DNA of 64,000 nucleotides from Escherichia coli (GTDB lineage Bacteria; Pseudomonadota; Gammaproteobacteria; Enterobacterales; Enterobacteriaceae): NCBI RefSeq assembly GCF_013122565.1, contig NZ_CP053258.1; one strand, 5' to 3'. Shown piece by piece: positions 52,699 to 64,000 of this stretch (position 1 is its first letter; each line of letters starts with the position of its first letter). The notes under the pieces were generated by a model. It saw only the letters and a program-made list of their open reading frames with translations, ran no database searches and was not told where the DNA came from. The position numbers and the translations under genes were made by a program.

Positions 52699-53687
52699 TC
52701 TTTGTCCTCTGCTTTCATTAAAACGGCGCGCTCGGTTCTGACTAACAATTTTCCCTGCATCAGAAGCGCAAAAGTACGGATGAGCAGTATTGCAATAATA
52801 AAATTGGTAAAGATAAACAGCGGCACCGCCAGCGTATGGAAAAATCCATTATCGCTGCCACTCCCCAGATGCAAACCGGTGGTTGCCAGTGCAGATACGC
52901 CGAACGAGAAACTCCAGAATGAAGCATTAAATGGCTGGGAGAGATACCATGGCATCAGACGTAGCATAAACAGCAGTTGCAGCAGTCCATAACCGAAAAG
53001 CATTTTCGCCAGCGTGTCACCCTCGCCGCCGTTGACGCTCAGCCAGGCACTACAGGCCACCAGCGCAGGAGCGAGCTGAATGCCGAGTGATGTCCGCAGT
53101 GCCGTGGGTAATTCTCCCGAACTGCGCAGACGCTGCAAGATCACAGGTTCAAGGCTTAGCCATGAGAAAACGCCTGCGCCTAAAAACACCAGACCGGCGT
53201 CGGTGTAGCCCAACGCACCACAGGCCATTGCGCTGATAAAGTTGTTGGCAACTGTCGGCAGATACAGTCCAGGCGTGGTAGCTTCTTCAGGGTGAGATCC
53301 GCGCCATAATCCCGCAGTTTGCCAGGCGGCATAAGCCAACTGAACCACGACACCAAAACTGAACAGGCACACCGCCAGTGGGCGAAACCACGGAACAAAA
53401 CCAATCGCCACCAGCATCGTCGTTGCCGGAAACAAACTCACAAAACTGCTCAGCACTGGATGGCGAACTTCCGCCAGCACGCTATGCGGAAAGCGTATGA
53501 GTCGGGTAATAAATGCGCTAGTCAATAATCCCCAGATGATCATCGCCAGAATCACCAGCCCATCCCCTAACCAGTGGCTGACCTGCCAAACCTGACTGGC
53601 ATAGCGCCAGGCAAATCCCATCCCTATCGTCCCCAACACAATACCAAAGTAGCCTGCCGGCAAATTGAGCACTTTATCGCTCTGCAT
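52695..53687 (-). CDS. tehA: Tellurite resistance / dicarboxylate-type membrane protein (330 aa)
   Basis: Track ORF 52695..53795; 330-aa form starts [27 protein letters not shown]. Confidence 0.88.
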
Positions 53688-53810
53688 CTTCTTACTCATT
53701 TTGTTTAATTTATAAAGTATATTTGAAATGCATTTTATGGAATTTTCTCGAGCATAGCCAGAGCCGCAGAATTTGCTACGGTTATAGTAAGTCACCTGTG
53801 GGAAAACGCT

Positions 53811-54791
53811 ATGCGCAAATATCGTCTAAGTGAAGAACAGCGAGCCTTTAGTTATCAGGATGATGGCACTAAAAAAAGTGTGTTATTACGGCAGATTATC
53901 GCCATGAGCGATTTTAACGATGTGATAGCAGGAACCGCTGGCGGCTGGATCGATCGCGAAACGGTGTTAGCACAGGAAGGAAATTGCTGGATTTACGACC
54001 AGAATGCTATTGCGTTCGGCGGAGCGGTGATTTCCGGTAATACGCGCATCACCGGCACCAGCGTGCTGTGGGGAGAGGTTTACGCAACGGATAATGTCTG
54101 GATCGATAATAGTGAAATCAGCCAGGGTGCATATATAAGTGACAGTGTCACCATTCATGACTCACTGGTTTGCGGGCAATGTAGAATATTTGGTCACGCC
54201 TTAATTAATCAACATTCTATGATCGTCGCAGCACAAGGCTTAACGCCTGACCATCAACTCCTGCTACAAATTTATGATCGCGCAAGGGTTAGCGCCTCGC
54301 GTATTGTCCACCAGGCACAAATTTATGGCGATGCCGTCATCCGGTATGCTTTTATTGAACATCGCGCCGAAGTTTTTGATTTTGCCAGTATTGAAGGTAA
54401 TGAAGAGAACAACGTCTGGCTATGCGATTGCGCTAAAGTCTACGGTCACGCGCAGGTGAAAGCTGGCATAGAAGAAGATGCTATTCCGACGATTCATTAC
54501 AGTTCACAGGTGGCGGAATATGCCATTGTGGAAGGTAATTGTGTGTTAAAACATCATGTCTTGATTGGCGGAAATGCCGTGGTACGTGGCGGACCGATTC
54601 TGCTCGACGAACACGTTGTAATACAAGGTAAGAGCCGTATTACAGGTGCGGTGATAATTGAAAACCATGTGGAGTTAACCGACCACGCCGTCGTTGAAGC
54701 CTTTGATGGCGACACGGTTCATGTCCGTGGTCCAAAAGTCATTAACGGCGAGGAGCGCATTACGCGAACGCCGCTGGCAGGGTTATTATGA
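53811..54791 (+). CDS. ydcK: Hexapeptide-repeat protein YdcK (326 aa)
   Basis: Track ORF 326 aa; left-handed beta-helix-type repeats. Confidence 0.85.
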   Translation: MRKYRLSEEQRAFSYQDDGTKKSVLLRQIIAMSDFNDVIAGTAGGWIDRETVLAQEGNCWIYDQNAIAFGGAVISGNTRITGTSVLWGEVYATDNVWIDNSEISQGAYISDSVTIHDSLVCGQCRIFGHALINQHSMIVAAQGLTPDHQLLLQIYDRARVSASRIVHQAQIYGDAVIRYAFIEHRAEVFDFASIEGNEENNVWLCDCAKVYGHAQVKAGIEEDAIPTIHYSSQVAEYAIVEGNCVLKHHVLIGGNAVVRGGPILLDEHVVIQGKSRITGAVIIENHVELTDHAVVEAFDGDTVHVRGPKVINGEERITRTPLAGLL

Positions 54792-55322
54792 ATCGATAAT
54801 ACGCGCGTATAAGTTCACATCATCATAGGCATCATTCAGGAACTCAGCCTGTTTCAGGCAACCTTCAAGGATAAAACCATTGCGCAAAGCGACCTGGTTG
54901 CTTTGCGGATTGTCCACCCGACATTTGATCACGAAGCGTCTAAGTTCACCAGACTGGGCGTAATGATGAATCAATGCCTGCAGCGCCTGAGAAATGATCC
55001 CCTGCCCCTGATGAGATTCGTCCAGCCAGTAGCCTATTTCAGCGGTTTTATTCAGTGGTTCAATACGATTAAACGAGATAACGCCGATAAGTTCATCTTC
55101 TTTGAAAATCATGAACATTTTGGCATAGCCGCGTTGATGCAACATCACATTACCCTGCACCGTTTTTCGCGTGTCCTCTTCACTCTGAACGAACTGCGGC
55201 CAGTTTAGCGACTGCTGTAACCAGGTTTTATTTTTACAGATTAACTGATAAAGAGGAGTGACGTGATTTTCTGCAACAGCATGTAATTCAAGTGATTTGC
55301 TTACTTTTATCGTTTCAGTCAT
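54786..55322 (-). CDS. rimL: Ribosomal-protein L7/L12 serine N-acetyltransferase, GNAT (~178 aa)
   Basis: Track ORF 54786..55337; start at [16 protein letters not shown]; GNAT motif [14 protein letters not shown]. Confidence 0.82.
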   Translation of the reverse strand: MTETIKVSKSLELHAVAENHVTPLYQLICKNKTWLQQSLNWPQFVQSEEDTRKTVQGNVMLHQRGYAKMFMIFKEDELIGVISFNRIEPLNKTAEIGYWLDESHQGQGIISQALQALIHHYAQSGELRRFVIKCRVDNPQSNQVALRNGFILEGCLKQAEFLNDAYDDVNLYARIIDS

Positions 55323-55351
55323 CTTATCTCCAGTCAATCCATGCTGTTGTT

Positions 55352-55375
55352 AAAAAAGCCGCCTGGCTGGCGGCT
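55352..55375 (-). terminator. Rho-independent terminator after ydcH
   Basis: On the minus strand agccgcc-agcca-ggcggct followed by a U-run (top strand aaaaaagccgcctggctggcggct). Confidence 0.55.
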
Positions 55376-55384
55376 TAGGAAAGT

Positions 55385-55609
55385 TTACACCTCTTTGACG
55401 CTCTCCTGCTGCAGGATTTTGAGCATCTCATCTTTTAACTGTAGCTTTTGTTTTTTCATGCGGACCACTTCCGCATTGTACCCTCGACCGTCGGAACCTT
55501 CCTTTCTGGCAATTTCATGATCAAGTTTATTGTGTTTATCGAACAAGGACATAAAGCGAGGATTTTCGTTTTTCAGACGGGATATTAAATCTCGGTATTC
55601 TGGAAACAT
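55385..55609 (-). CDS. ydcH: Small protein YdcH, DUF465 (74 aa)
   Basis: Track ORF 55385..55615; start at MFPEYRDLISRLKNENPRF. Confidence 0.72.
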   Translation of the reverse strand: MFPEYRDLISRLKNENPRFMSLFDKHNKLDHEIARKEGSDGRGYNAEVVRMKKQKLQLKDEMLKILQQESVKEV

Positions 55610-55748
55610 ACGCACTCCCTGTTAGTGGCTGACAAGGTGTATCTGAAATACACACCATCAGATTACTCATTTAACTTAGGGAAAAATGCGAGCGGGATCG
55701 TGTTTAACCAGACGGCACCTCCCGAAGAAGGTGCCGAAGAAAAAACGA

Positions 55749-57404
55749 TTAACTCATCACGCGGTCGTCAACATACTGACGTTTATCCGGCGCTGGCGGG
55801 AAATACTGATACAGCCATGTTTCACTGATAGCGTCCCCCTGACAACGTAGATACATCCGCATATCGACCGGATCAGTGGAGTCCGAAGTCGGATACCAGT
55901 CAAACTGAATACGATAACCATCGATGGGTTCAATATAGAGAATTTCGATTTGCTTCGCTTCCCCACTGGAAAGCGTAATCACCGGCTCAATGCCTTTTGG
56001 CGCGGCAGCTTTCAGATCACCACCAACGAAATCGACGGCAAAACGACGCGCCCATTTTTCGGGATAGTGTTCACCTGGCGCCCAACCTTCCGGGAAACCG
56101 CCCATGCCGGTACGCGTCGCCATAACGCGCGCTAATGGGCAATGAACAGGCGGTTGCGCACTCCAGTACAGACGATACTGGAATGCAAACTCATCACCTG
56201 CTTTTACAGCTTTTTCTGGCTGCCAGAAGCAGACAATGTTATCCAGCGTTTCGCCCGTTGTTGGGATTTCCATCAGGCCGATGGTGCCCTTACCCCACTT
56301 GTTACGCGGTTCCACCCACAGACTTGGGCGTTTGTTATACCAGCCCATAATGTCCTGATAATGGGAGAAATCACGATCCAGTTGCAATAAACCAAACCCT
56401 TTCGGGTTGTTGTCGGTGTAAGCATTGAACTGCAATTTTTGCGGATTATTCAGCGGACGGCAAATCCACTCGCCGTTGCCCCGCCACATGGACAGACGAT
56501 CAGAGTCATGAATTTGCGGATGAATGGTATCGCACATCCGACGTTCATTAGTACCGCAGCTGAACATACTGGTCATCGGCGCAATGCCCAGCTGTTTAAT
56601 GTCTTTGCGCGCATACAGGTGATTTTCCACATCCATAATCACCTGACTTTTCTCACAATGGATAGTGAACTTATAGGCACCAGTAATGCTGGCGCTATCG
56701 AGCAACGCATAAACGGTAAAGGTAGTTGCCCCCGGTTTTACCGTATCAAACCAGAAGGCGGTAAAGTCGGGGAACTCTTCTTTACTGTCGGTGTAAGTGT
56801 CAATCGCCAGGCCGCGGGCCGACAAACCGTATTGATATGTGTCATCAACGGCGCGGAAATAACTCGCTCCGAGGAATGATACTACATCACGGCGCGCCAG
56901 TTCGGGGGCTTTAAACACGCGAAAACCGGCAAAGCCGAGATCGCTTTGCCCTTCTAATTGTTTGGTATCAACACCTGCATCGTTGTATTTGAACAACTCC
57001 GGGCGAAAGTGAATTTCACGCGCCAGATGTGTTGCTGGATCTACAGAAAACATACGAACGCGGCGACGGAATCCCATTCCCATATGGAAGAACTGAGCGT
57101 CCAGTTGACGGTTCTCAACGTTATGCCAGAGCGATTTTTCGGCGTCGTATTGAATACTGTTATAAGCCTGCGGCGTCATTGTCGCCAGCGTGTCAGGTAA
57201 CGGACGAGGCGCACCACGCCACGCTGTTTGCGCTAAGTCGTGCGCCATTGACTGTAGAATGGAGAAGTCAAAACGCTGGGTTTGCCCGTCGGCAATATCA
57301 GAATCTGCCGCGAATGCCGCCTGAGAAAAAAGAGAAGCAATGCCGCTGGTACCGCACACGGCGGCCATAGCCATTGAACCTTTAATAAATCGTCTACGAT
57401 CCAT
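55749..57404 (-). CDS. opgD: Glucans biosynthesis protein D, periplasmic (551 aa)
   Basis: Track ORF 551 aa; twin-arginine signal [32 protein letters not shown]. Confidence 0.9.
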   Translation of the reverse strand: MDRRRFIKGSMAMAAVCGTSGIASLFSQAAFAADSDIADGQTQRFDFSILQSMAHDLAQTAWRGAPRPLPDTLATMTPQAYNSIQYDAEKSLWHNVENRQLDAQFFHMGMGFRRRVRMFSVDPATHLAREIHFRPELFKYNDAGVDTKQLEGQSDLGFAGFRVFKAPELARRDVVSFLGASYFRAVDDTYQYGLSARGLAIDTYTDSKEEFPDFTAFWFDTVKPGATTFTVYALLDSASITGAYKFTIHCEKSQVIMDVENHLYARKDIKQLGIAPMTSMFSCGTNERRMCDTIHPQIHDSDRLSMWRGNGEWICRPLNNPQKLQFNAYTDNNPKGFGLLQLDRDFSHYQDIMGWYNKRPSLWVEPRNKWGKGTIGLMEIPTTGETLDNIVCFWQPEKAVKAGDEFAFQYRLYWSAQPPVHCPLARVMATRTGMGGFPEGWAPGEHYPEKWARRFAVDFVGGDLKAAAPKGIEPVITLSSGEAKQIEILYIEPIDGYRIQFDWYPTSDSTDPVDMRMYLRCQGDAISETWLYQYFPPAPDKRQYVDDRVMS

Positions 57405-57628
57405 ACCTGAAAGTGAGTCCTTCTGGTGTTGTGAATGGTCCCGCGCTGGTCGTTTTCAGCGGCAAGAAAGTGCTTATTTATGACCGCTCACTCTAGACAA
57501 TATTTATTAATAATCCAATTGTTGAACTCAGAGAATATGCATAAATCGGCAATTTTTTTATGTCGATGGGATGAGCCTGATTCGTTTGTAAAATCAGGCA
57601 AATTTTTGCAAAGGCGGATGGTCAGAAT

Positions 57629-58972
57629 TTAAAGCAAACCACAGCGACGTTTACTGCGTTCTTCCGCTTCCTGATAAAGCTGGAACTCATCCAAAACCGG
57701 ACAACCCAACGCCTGCTCAAATGCCTCGCGACTGGCATTACCGTGATTGCGTGCCTGCGTTTCATTACCCAGATTTGACTGGAAGATCCCCGCCGCGCTA
57801 ACGGGCAAGAAATCTTCATAGGTAATGGGTTGCGCCGCGACCCATCCACGTTCAATTAAGGGCTGTGGATCGTCTCCGGGATGAATCGCCTGACGATGCG
57901 CCTCACCTGAAGGCGTCAGACGGTACCGGAACCATGCCAGCCCTTGCTGACGCATTAAAAACTCACTGTCAGGAAAAGTGCGGAAGGTTTCCTGTAAATG
58001 CATTTGGTGAGTGAGATTATCCTGCCCGGTTCCAGCGTTACGCAGAAGATCATCATACAGTTGTCGCCCTTTCGGCGTTAATGCCACGCCACGCTGCTCA
58101 ATTTCACCAAAGCGCGCGGTATGCGTGCCCTGTTTCTGCCCCGCAAACAACACCATCTCTTCCAGTGCCTTAAAGCTGGTCTGCCGTAGTAAAATCGGCA
58201 CCTCGCGGCGCGGCGGCCCTTCGATCAGAATTTTGGGTTCAATCCCGCATTCAGGCATCATCGACTGCACCCGGTCAATATCCAGCGTACGTGGCGTCAG
58301 GTGGTTGATATGGCATCCAGGGAAACAGACCACATCAGCAATCAACCGATGTTCGTTGTGCAAGGCGCGATAGGTTTCTTCATCTACCGTTGCTGACTGG
58401 TGCCAACGGAACGTTTCCAGGGCTTCCTGCACAAACTCCTGTGCCTGTGTTTCGTTAAAACCGCCCTGCTGCTCATATTCCTCTAACAGTTGTCGACAAC
58501 GTGGGGTGAAGATATCGCGCTGACGCAGAATCTCCGCCGCTTTCTGGCGCAAAATTTCGTTCTCGATAAGCTCAAGGCGGAGTAAGGAGGTAAAAACGCG
58601 GAAGGGATTACGCGCCAGAGAAGCATCATCAATGGGCCGAAATGCTGTCGAATGTACCGGCACCCCTGCCTGCGAGAGATCGTAATAGCTCACCGGGTAC
58701 ATCCCCATAATGGCAAACATCCGCCGAAGAGTAGCAAGCTCTTGTGCAGTCCCAACGCGAATCGCCCCATGACGTTCAACATTCAGTCGCGCCAGCTCGT
58801 CTGCATTTACCATTTTTTCGTGCAGTTGAGGATTGTTTTCCAGCACAGCCAGATTCACATCAGCTACCAGTTCCAGCAGCGTGCCATATTGCGGAACTTC
58901 TTGCTGGTACATGGCTGACATTGCCTGCGAAAACTGTTCCCGAATCTCATCCGCCGTGATGCTGTTCGCCAT
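57629..58972 (-). CDS. ydcJ: DUF1338-family protein YdcJ (447 aa)
   Basis: Track ORF 447 aa; conserved position between opgD and ydcI. Confidence 0.88.
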   Translation of the reverse strand: MANSITADEIREQFSQAMSAMYQQEVPQYGTLLELVADVNLAVLENNPQLHEKMVNADELARLNVERHGAIRVGTAQELATLRRMFAIMGMYPVSYYDLSQAGVPVHSTAFRPIDDASLARNPFRVFTSLLRLELIENEILRQKAAEILRQRDIFTPRCRQLLEEYEQQGGFNETQAQEFVQEALETFRWHQSATVDEETYRALHNEHRLIADVVCFPGCHINHLTPRTLDIDRVQSMMPECGIEPKILIEGPPRREVPILLRQTSFKALEEMVLFAGQKQGTHTARFGEIEQRGVALTPKGRQLYDDLLRNAGTGQDNLTHQMHLQETFRTFPDSEFLMRQQGLAWFRYRLTPSGEAHRQAIHPGDDPQPLIERGWVAAQPITYEDFLPVSAAGIFQSNLGNETQARNHGNASREAFEQALGCPVLDEFQLYQEAEERSKRRCGLL

Positions 58973-59188
58973 AGTGTCTGCCTCCAGTGGTCAGTAATGT
59001 GGAGTGTAGGTAACCGCATTCACTCTGGCGGGAAGAATTTACAAACTGTGATCTCGCCGCGAAAACATCAATATTATCCATTTTGCTGTAACATAATTGC
59101 TTTAATTGTTAATAATATTTTGCAATCAAGTTATCATAATCAAACAACTCCACTTGTCAGCGACACCGCTTCGTTTTTAACATCGCTT

Positions 59189-60112
59189 ATGGAAAAAAAT
59201 AGTCTGTTTAGTCAGCGCATCCGTTTGCGCCACCTTCATACATTCGTAGCTGTCGCACAACAAGGAACTTTGGGGCGCGCGGCTGAAACCCTTAATTTGA
59301 GTCAACCTGCGCTCTCTAAGACATTGAATGAACTGGAGCAACTGACGGGCGCTCGCTTGTTTGAGCGTGGTCGTCAGGGGGCGCAACTTACCTTACCCGG
59401 CGAACAATTTTTAACGCATGCAGTCAGAGTTCTTGACGCCATCAACACTGCTGGACAGTCGCTTCATCGTAAAGAAGGTCTTAATAATGATGTCGTCAGG
59501 GTTGGTGCACTACCTACTGCGGCACTGGGGATATTACCTTCGGTTATAGGTCAGTTTCATCAGCAACAAAAAGAGACGACCTTGCAAGTTGCGACAATGA
59601 GTAACCCTATGATTCTGGCGGGTTTGAAAACCGGGGAAATCGATATCGGCATTGGTCGGATGTCAGATCCTGAACTGATGACCGGGCTTAATTACGAACT
59701 GCTGTTTCTTGAATCGCTGAAGCTGGTTGTCCGCCCTAATCACCCGCTACTTCAGGAGAACGTAACGCTAAGCCGAGTGCTGGAATGGCCGGTCGTTGTA
59801 TCACCAGAAGGCACTGCACCACGCCAGCATTCAGATGCATTAGTACAGAGCCAGGGATGTAAAATTCCTTCGGGTTGTATCGAAACGCTGTCTGCTTCGC
59901 TATCTCGTCAACTTACGGTTGAATACGACTACGTGTGGTTTGTCCCTTCAGGCGCGGTAAAAGACGACCTGCGTCATGCCACGCTGGTGGCCCTGCCTGT
60001 TCCGGGACATGGTGCAGGCGAACCGATTGGAATACTGACCCGCGTAGATGCGACGTTCTCTTCTGGTTGCCAGTTGATGATTAACGCTATTCGAAAATCA
60101 ATGCCGTTCTGA
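59189..60112 (+). CDS. ydcI: LysR-family transcriptional regulator (307 aa)
   Basis: Track ORF 58997..60112; 307-aa form starts MEKNSLFSQRIRLRHLHTFVAVAQQGTLGRAAETLNLSQPALSKTLNELE (LysR HTH). Confidence 0.85.
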   Translation: MEKNSLFSQRIRLRHLHTFVAVAQQGTLGRAAETLNLSQPALSKTLNELEQLTGARLFERGRQGAQLTLPGEQFLTHAVRVLDAINTAGQSLHRKEGLNNDVVRVGALPTAALGILPSVIGQFHQQQKETTLQVATMSNPMILAGLKTGEIDIGIGRMSDPELMTGLNYELLFLESLKLVVRPNHPLLQENVTLSRVLEWPVVVSPEGTAPRQHSDALVQSQGCKIPSGCIETLSASLSRQLTVEYDYVWFVPSGAVKDDLRHATLVALPVPGHGAGEPIGILTRVDATFSSGCQLMINAIRKSMPF

Positions 60113-60149
60113 AAGGTGAAGGGATCTGTCGATCCCTCCTTTAACATTT

Positions 60150-61790
60150 TCACACCGTAGCGAAACTAACTGGTTCACCCGCTCCGCGAGGTTCTGCCAA
60201 CACAGATTGTTTGTTCAGACGGAATACGTCCACCGCCTCAGTTAATCGTGCCGCCTGTTCTTCAAGGGACACCGCCGCCGCTGAGGCCTCTTCTACCAGA
60301 GAAGCATTCTGTTGCGTCACCTTATCCATTTCAGAAATCGCCTGGCTAACCTGCGTTATGCCCCTACTTTGCTCATCCGAGGCGGCGGCAATTTCCTGCA
60401 TGATATGTGTGACACTCGCGACGGCATCAACAATAGTGCTCATGGTTTTCCCGGCCGTTGCCACCTCATCCGATCCCAGGTCAATTAACCTGACTGATTC
60501 ACTGATCAAGCCTTCAATTTCTTTTGCCGCCTGGGCGCTGCGGCTTGCGAGTGTCCGTACTTCGCTGGCGACAACGGCAAATCCACGCCCTTGCTCACCC
60601 GCTCGCGCAGCTTCAACGGCAGCATTCAGTGCCAGAATATTCGTCTGGAAAGCAATACTGTTGATGACGGCGGTGATCTCAGAAATTTTCTTCGAACTCG
60701 TGGAGATAGCGCCCATCGTTTTTACTACACCGGAAACCGTCTGCCCGCCATCGCTGGCTTTAATAGAAGCCTCTTGCGCCAGTTTGCTGGCATAATGCGC
60801 GTTATCCGCATTCTGTTTCACCGTCGCAGTGAGTTGCTCCATGCTGGCGGCAGTTTGTTCGATAGCCGCCGCTTGTTCTTCGGTGCGAGATGACAGGTCC
60901 GCATTGCCAGCTGAAATTTCGCTGGTGCCACGATAAATCTCTTCCGCACCCTGTCGAACAGTCCCTACGGTCATCCCCAGTGAATGCTGCATTTGCTGTA
61001 AATGACGACTTAAGCGACCGATTTCATTACGACCCGCCGGTTCATCCTTCATCGTCAGATCGCCACTAGCGATTTTTTCAATCCGTTGTGCGGCATGTTG
61101 CAGTGGACGAATGACGATCCGACGTAGCACCATAAATGTTATCAGCGTCATGACCAGGGCAAGCACAAACGCACCAATCATGAACATCCCGCCCAGGCGG
61201 GTGCGCTGATGGGCCAGTTCCGCCAGTTGGTTGGCTCTGGTGCTACGTATCTTAACGGCTTTGTTCAAAATATCGGTATAAGCATTATCCAGCGTTCGGA
61301 TCTGCTCACTTTCATGATTGATAATCGCTTCAAACATGCCATTTTTGGCATATTTCAACATAGGTTGCATACCCGTGATATAAGCCTGAAAGCGTTGATT
61401 TAATTCAGTGTCGAGGGCTTCATCAGCAGGTGTTTTCACCGGCCGATTCTGATAAGCACGATAACCTTGCTGCGACTGTTTAATCTCCGATTCGGCTTGC
61501 GCAATATTTCGCTTCATTGCTTCCATTTCCGCAATACGACTCGCAGCGCCGGCCTGAATCATATTGATCCGGGCTGAACGCAAAAAATCTGAACTGTTCG
61601 CTAACCCGGTCTGAATCTCAATCTCCGCAGTAACATCACGCTGATCGCGATCGGCCTGCCAGAGGAAATAGCCAGCCAGGGCTGAACTTAATGCGAATAG
61701 AACTAAGATACCGCCTAGAATGCAGGCAAATAACGGAACCAGCCTGATGTGATGCAAAAAACCTAATCGCTGTGAGGGAGTTGTATTCAT
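60150..61790 (-). CDS. trg: Methyl-accepting chemotaxis protein III, ribose/galactose sensor (546 aa)
   Basis: Track ORF 546 aa; two TM helices, HAMP, highly conserved MCP signalling domain (..[28 protein letters not shown]..). Confidence 0.93.
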   Translation of the reverse strand: MNTTPSQRLGFLHHIRLVPLFACILGGILVLFALSSALAGYFLWQADRDQRDVTAEIEIQTGLANSSDFLRSARINMIQAGAASRIAEMEAMKRNIAQAESEIKQSQQGYRAYQNRPVKTPADEALDTELNQRFQAYITGMQPMLKYAKNGMFEAIINHESEQIRTLDNAYTDILNKAVKIRSTRANQLAELAHQRTRLGGMFMIGAFVLALVMTLITFMVLRRIVIRPLQHAAQRIEKIASGDLTMKDEPAGRNEIGRLSRHLQQMQHSLGMTVGTVRQGAEEIYRGTSEISAGNADLSSRTEEQAAAIEQTAASMEQLTATVKQNADNAHYASKLAQEASIKASDGGQTVSGVVKTMGAISTSSKKISEITAVINSIAFQTNILALNAAVEAARAGEQGRGFAVVASEVRTLASRSAQAAKEIEGLISESVRLIDLGSDEVATAGKTMSTIVDAVASVTHIMQEIAAASDEQSRGITQVSQAISEMDKVTQQNASLVEEASAAAVSLEEQAARLTEAVDVFRLNKQSVLAEPRGAGEPVSFATV

Positions 61791-61829
61791 TACCGTTGTC
61801 TCTCGTCCAGGTTTACTCCTGATATAAAG

Positions 61830-61856
61830 TCATCGGCATTTGGCGGTAATTACTTA
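61830..61856 (-). promoter_or_regulatory. Putative sigma-28 (FliA) promoter of trg
   Basis: Minus strand TAAGTAAT-N11-GCCGATGA against FliA consensus TAAAGTTT-N11-GCCGATAA (-10 matches 7/8); ~40 nt upstream of the trg ATG. Spacing counted by hand. Confidence 0.5.
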
Positions 61857-62116
61857 CGACCAAAAACCTCTTTGCGTCACATTTTTACAACAATTATTGC
61901 AGAGAAGATTAATGCTATTGGAATGAAGAGAGTAACGAATGGCTAAACCGAATGACGAAAAATTCTGGAAAACAGCACGCAATTTCGTGAAGTGATTATT
62001 TTCGTCCCTAAGGAAACCTCATAGGATGCCTGCGGGTGCCTGAGACTTTCTGTTTTCAGGCTAACCGGGAATCAGAAAGACGAAGGCCCCGACCGATATT
62101 TCTATCAACCGAGGCC

Positions 62117-62329
<213 letters not shown>

Positions 62330-62400
62330 GGGCAAGCGCGGGGATTTTCCCCGCGCATCTGACTAGCAGATTCATTTTCTCATGGCACCCCTTTTACACT

Positions 62401-62574
62401 TCAGTTAGTGCATGTTTTTTTCGATGCACTAATAGAACCATCATTACAGACAAATTTGCCGCCTGCCGTACAGTGTGAGATCCCCCCTTTCGAACCAGAA
62501 CAGGGTTTGCGCCCGGCATCGGCATAAAAGGAAACAAGCGTTCCCATAAACAAAATAAGTGCCAGTTTTTTCAT
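62401..62574 (-). CDS. ydcA: Small secreted cysteine-containing protein YdcA (57 aa)
   Basis: Not in track. Hand translation MKKLALILFMGTLVSFYADAGRKPCSGSKGGISHCTAGGKFVCNDGSISASKKTCTN*; signal peptide plus 4 Cys. Confidence 0.68.
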   Translation of the reverse strand: MKKLALILFMGTLVSFYADAGRKPCSGSKGGISHCTAGGKFVCNDGSISASKKTCTN

Positions 62575-62744
62575 ATAACCTCCATGGTTTATCGAATCTT
62601 ATGTTCGATTTGAACGTTATACGCTGGTTTATTTTGATACCGTTGATGAGATCAAAGATCGGGTGAATTGATTAAAAATAAGGCAGATGGACGTATGGGC
62701 AAGGATTATGGTTTTATTTGTCATACAAATAAATATAATAGGCG

Positions 62745-62808
62745 CTTCCGATGTAGACCCGTATTCTTCGCCTGTACCACGGGTCGGTTTTAGTACAGGC
62801 GTTTTCTT
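62745..62808 (+). ncRNA. rydC: RydC small regulatory RNA (Hfq-dependent)
   Basis: cttccgatgtagacccgtattcttcgcctgtaccacgggtcggttttagtacaggcgttttctt in the ydcA/cybB gap matches RydC as I recall it; ends in a hairpin (cgcctgtac / gtacaggcg) and U-run. Confidence 0.6.
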
Positions 62809-62818
62809 TAAATATCCT

Positions 62819-63349
62819 TCAGGAACGTTTACGCGGCATCATGCGTAGAAGTGTGTTGTCCTTCCAGAAATAGTGGTGTGCCAGTGCAGCCGCAGCGTGC
62901 AACCCGATGAGAAAATATCCCAGATTCGCCAGCGTCTCATGCCACGACTTTAAGCTATCAACCCGTTCGAAATTGGCCTCTGAAGCGTAAGGCATCGTCA
63001 AACCAAACGCAAACCACGGGTTGCCCCGGTTATACATCATCACCAAACCAATCACTGGCAGCGCAATAAACAGGAGATAAATCACCAAATGTCCCAAATG
63101 CGCCAGTCCCGTCATCATCGGTTTCGGCTTAGGTATAATCGGCGGGGTTGGGTATTTCAGTCTTAACAAAAGACGAACCACCATCAGCACGAGAATTGAG
63201 ATGCCACAGGAAACATGAATCATGTTGATGAGCGGCCGATCGCTACGTGGGAAGAAACCCCGAAACTCCATTGCGCAATACGCTGCGATAACCAGCAAAA
63301 AGACCAGCCAGTGAATGCTGATTTGTAACCTTGAGTATTTATTTTCCAT
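62819..63349 (-). CDS. cybB: Cytochrome b561 (176 aa)
   Basis: Track ORF 62819..63385; 176-aa form starts MENKYSRLQISIHWLVFLLVIAAYCAMEF; four TM helices with His ligands. Confidence 0.88.
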   Translation of the reverse strand: MENKYSRLQISIHWLVFLLVIAAYCAMEFRGFFPRSDRPLINMIHVSCGISILVLMVVRLLLRLKYPTPPIIPKPKPMMTGLAHLGHLVIYLLFIALPVIGLVMMYNRGNPWFAFGLTMPYASEANFERVDSLKSWHETLANLGYFLIGLHAAAALAHHYFWKDNTLLRMMPRKRS

Positions 63350-63537
63350 AACATTTCCTGCTTTAACATAATTTTCCGTTAACATAACGGGCTTTTCTCA
63401 AAATTTCATTAAATATTGTTCACCCGTTTTCAGTACGTTACGTTTCACTGTAAGAATGGAGATTGCCCATCCCACAATCCTGGGCTAAGCCTGGAAAGGA
63501 TCAATTTTCATCCGAACGTTCCTGACAGGAGAAAACC

Positions 63538-64000
63538 ATGAGTAAAGTTGGTATTAACGGTTTTGGTCGTATCGGTCGACTGGTGTTGCGTCGATTACTT
63601 GAAGTCAAAAGCAACATAGACGTTGTCGCTATTAATGATCTTACTTCCCCAAAAATTCTCGCCTATCTGCTGAAACATGATTCAAACTATGGTCCGTTCC
63701 CCTGGAGCGTTGATTTTACGGAAGATTCACTTATCGTTGATGGGAAAAGTATCGCGGTTTACGCCGAAAAAGAGGCTAAAAATATTCCGTGGAAAGCGAA
63801 AGGTGCAGAAATCATTGTCGAATGTACTGGCTTTTATACCTCCGCCGATAAATCGCAGGCGCATCTTGATGCTGGTGCGAAGAAGGTGTTGATTTCCGCT
63901 CCTGCCGGTGAAATGAAAACCATCGTTTATAACGTTAATGACGACACTCTGGATGGCAACGATACCATTGTTTCCGTGGCGTCATGCACCACTAACTGCC
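63538..64000 (+). CDS. gapC: Glyceraldehyde-3-phosphate dehydrogenase C, 5' partial; continues beyond window
   Basis: ATG at 63538 with GGAGAAAACC SD; [23 protein letters not shown] (NAD-binding GxGxxG) ... catalytic SCTTNC at the window edge; no stop in 154 codons. Absent from the ORF track because no stop lies inside the window. Confidence 0.75.
   Translation, partial: MSKVGINGFGRIGRLVLRRLLEVKSNIDVVAINDLTSPKILAYLLKHDSNYGPFPWSVDFTEDSLIVDGKSIAVYAEKEAKNIPWKAKGAEIIVECTGFYTSADKSQAHLDAGAKKVLISAPAGEMKTIVYNVNDDTLDGNDTIVSVASCTTNC

Noticed and set aside
60118-60145. Hairpin gggatc-tgtc-gatccc between convergent ydcI and trg
   Set aside because: Short 6-bp stem with weak U-runs on both strands; insufficient to call a terminator with confidence.

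Overview
This window reads as an Escherichia coli chromosomal segment syntenic with the K-12 bdm–maeA–adhP–fdnGHI–yddG–narUZYWV–nhoA … ydc cluster … trg–cybB–gapC region, in inverted orientation relative to the K-12 map. Identification is by recognising the translated ORFs and gene order from memory; no database search was run. Most of the window is ordinary, densely packed core genome: malic enzyme, formate dehydrogenase-N with an in-frame UGA selenocysteine codon, the second nitrate reductase operon, an ABC transporter operon, tellurite resistance genes, trg and several small toxin/antitoxin and sRNA loci. Three stretches look accessory or strain-specific. The most interesting is a visibly AT-rich ~3.9 kb island (25.3–29.1 kb) between yddH and yncG, where K-12 carries pptA/rhsE/ydcD: it holds five co-directional ORFs I do not recognise plus a GNAT acetyltransferase broken by a frameshift at an A7 tract. 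This is the best candidate for an undescribed system (orphan toxin/immunity or defence cassette), but that is inference from context, not homology. The second is a pair of tandem IpaH/SspH-like leucine-rich-repeat genes with no ubiquitin-ligase domain, next to an intact OmpC-family porin. The third is a gapC reading frame that is open to the window edge. No rRNA, tRNA, CRISPR array, IS element or prophage was seen. Coordinates for features absent from the ORF track (sra, hicA, mokB/hokB, ydcA, yncL, rydC, regulatory sites) were hand-indexed and may be off by 1–2 nt.
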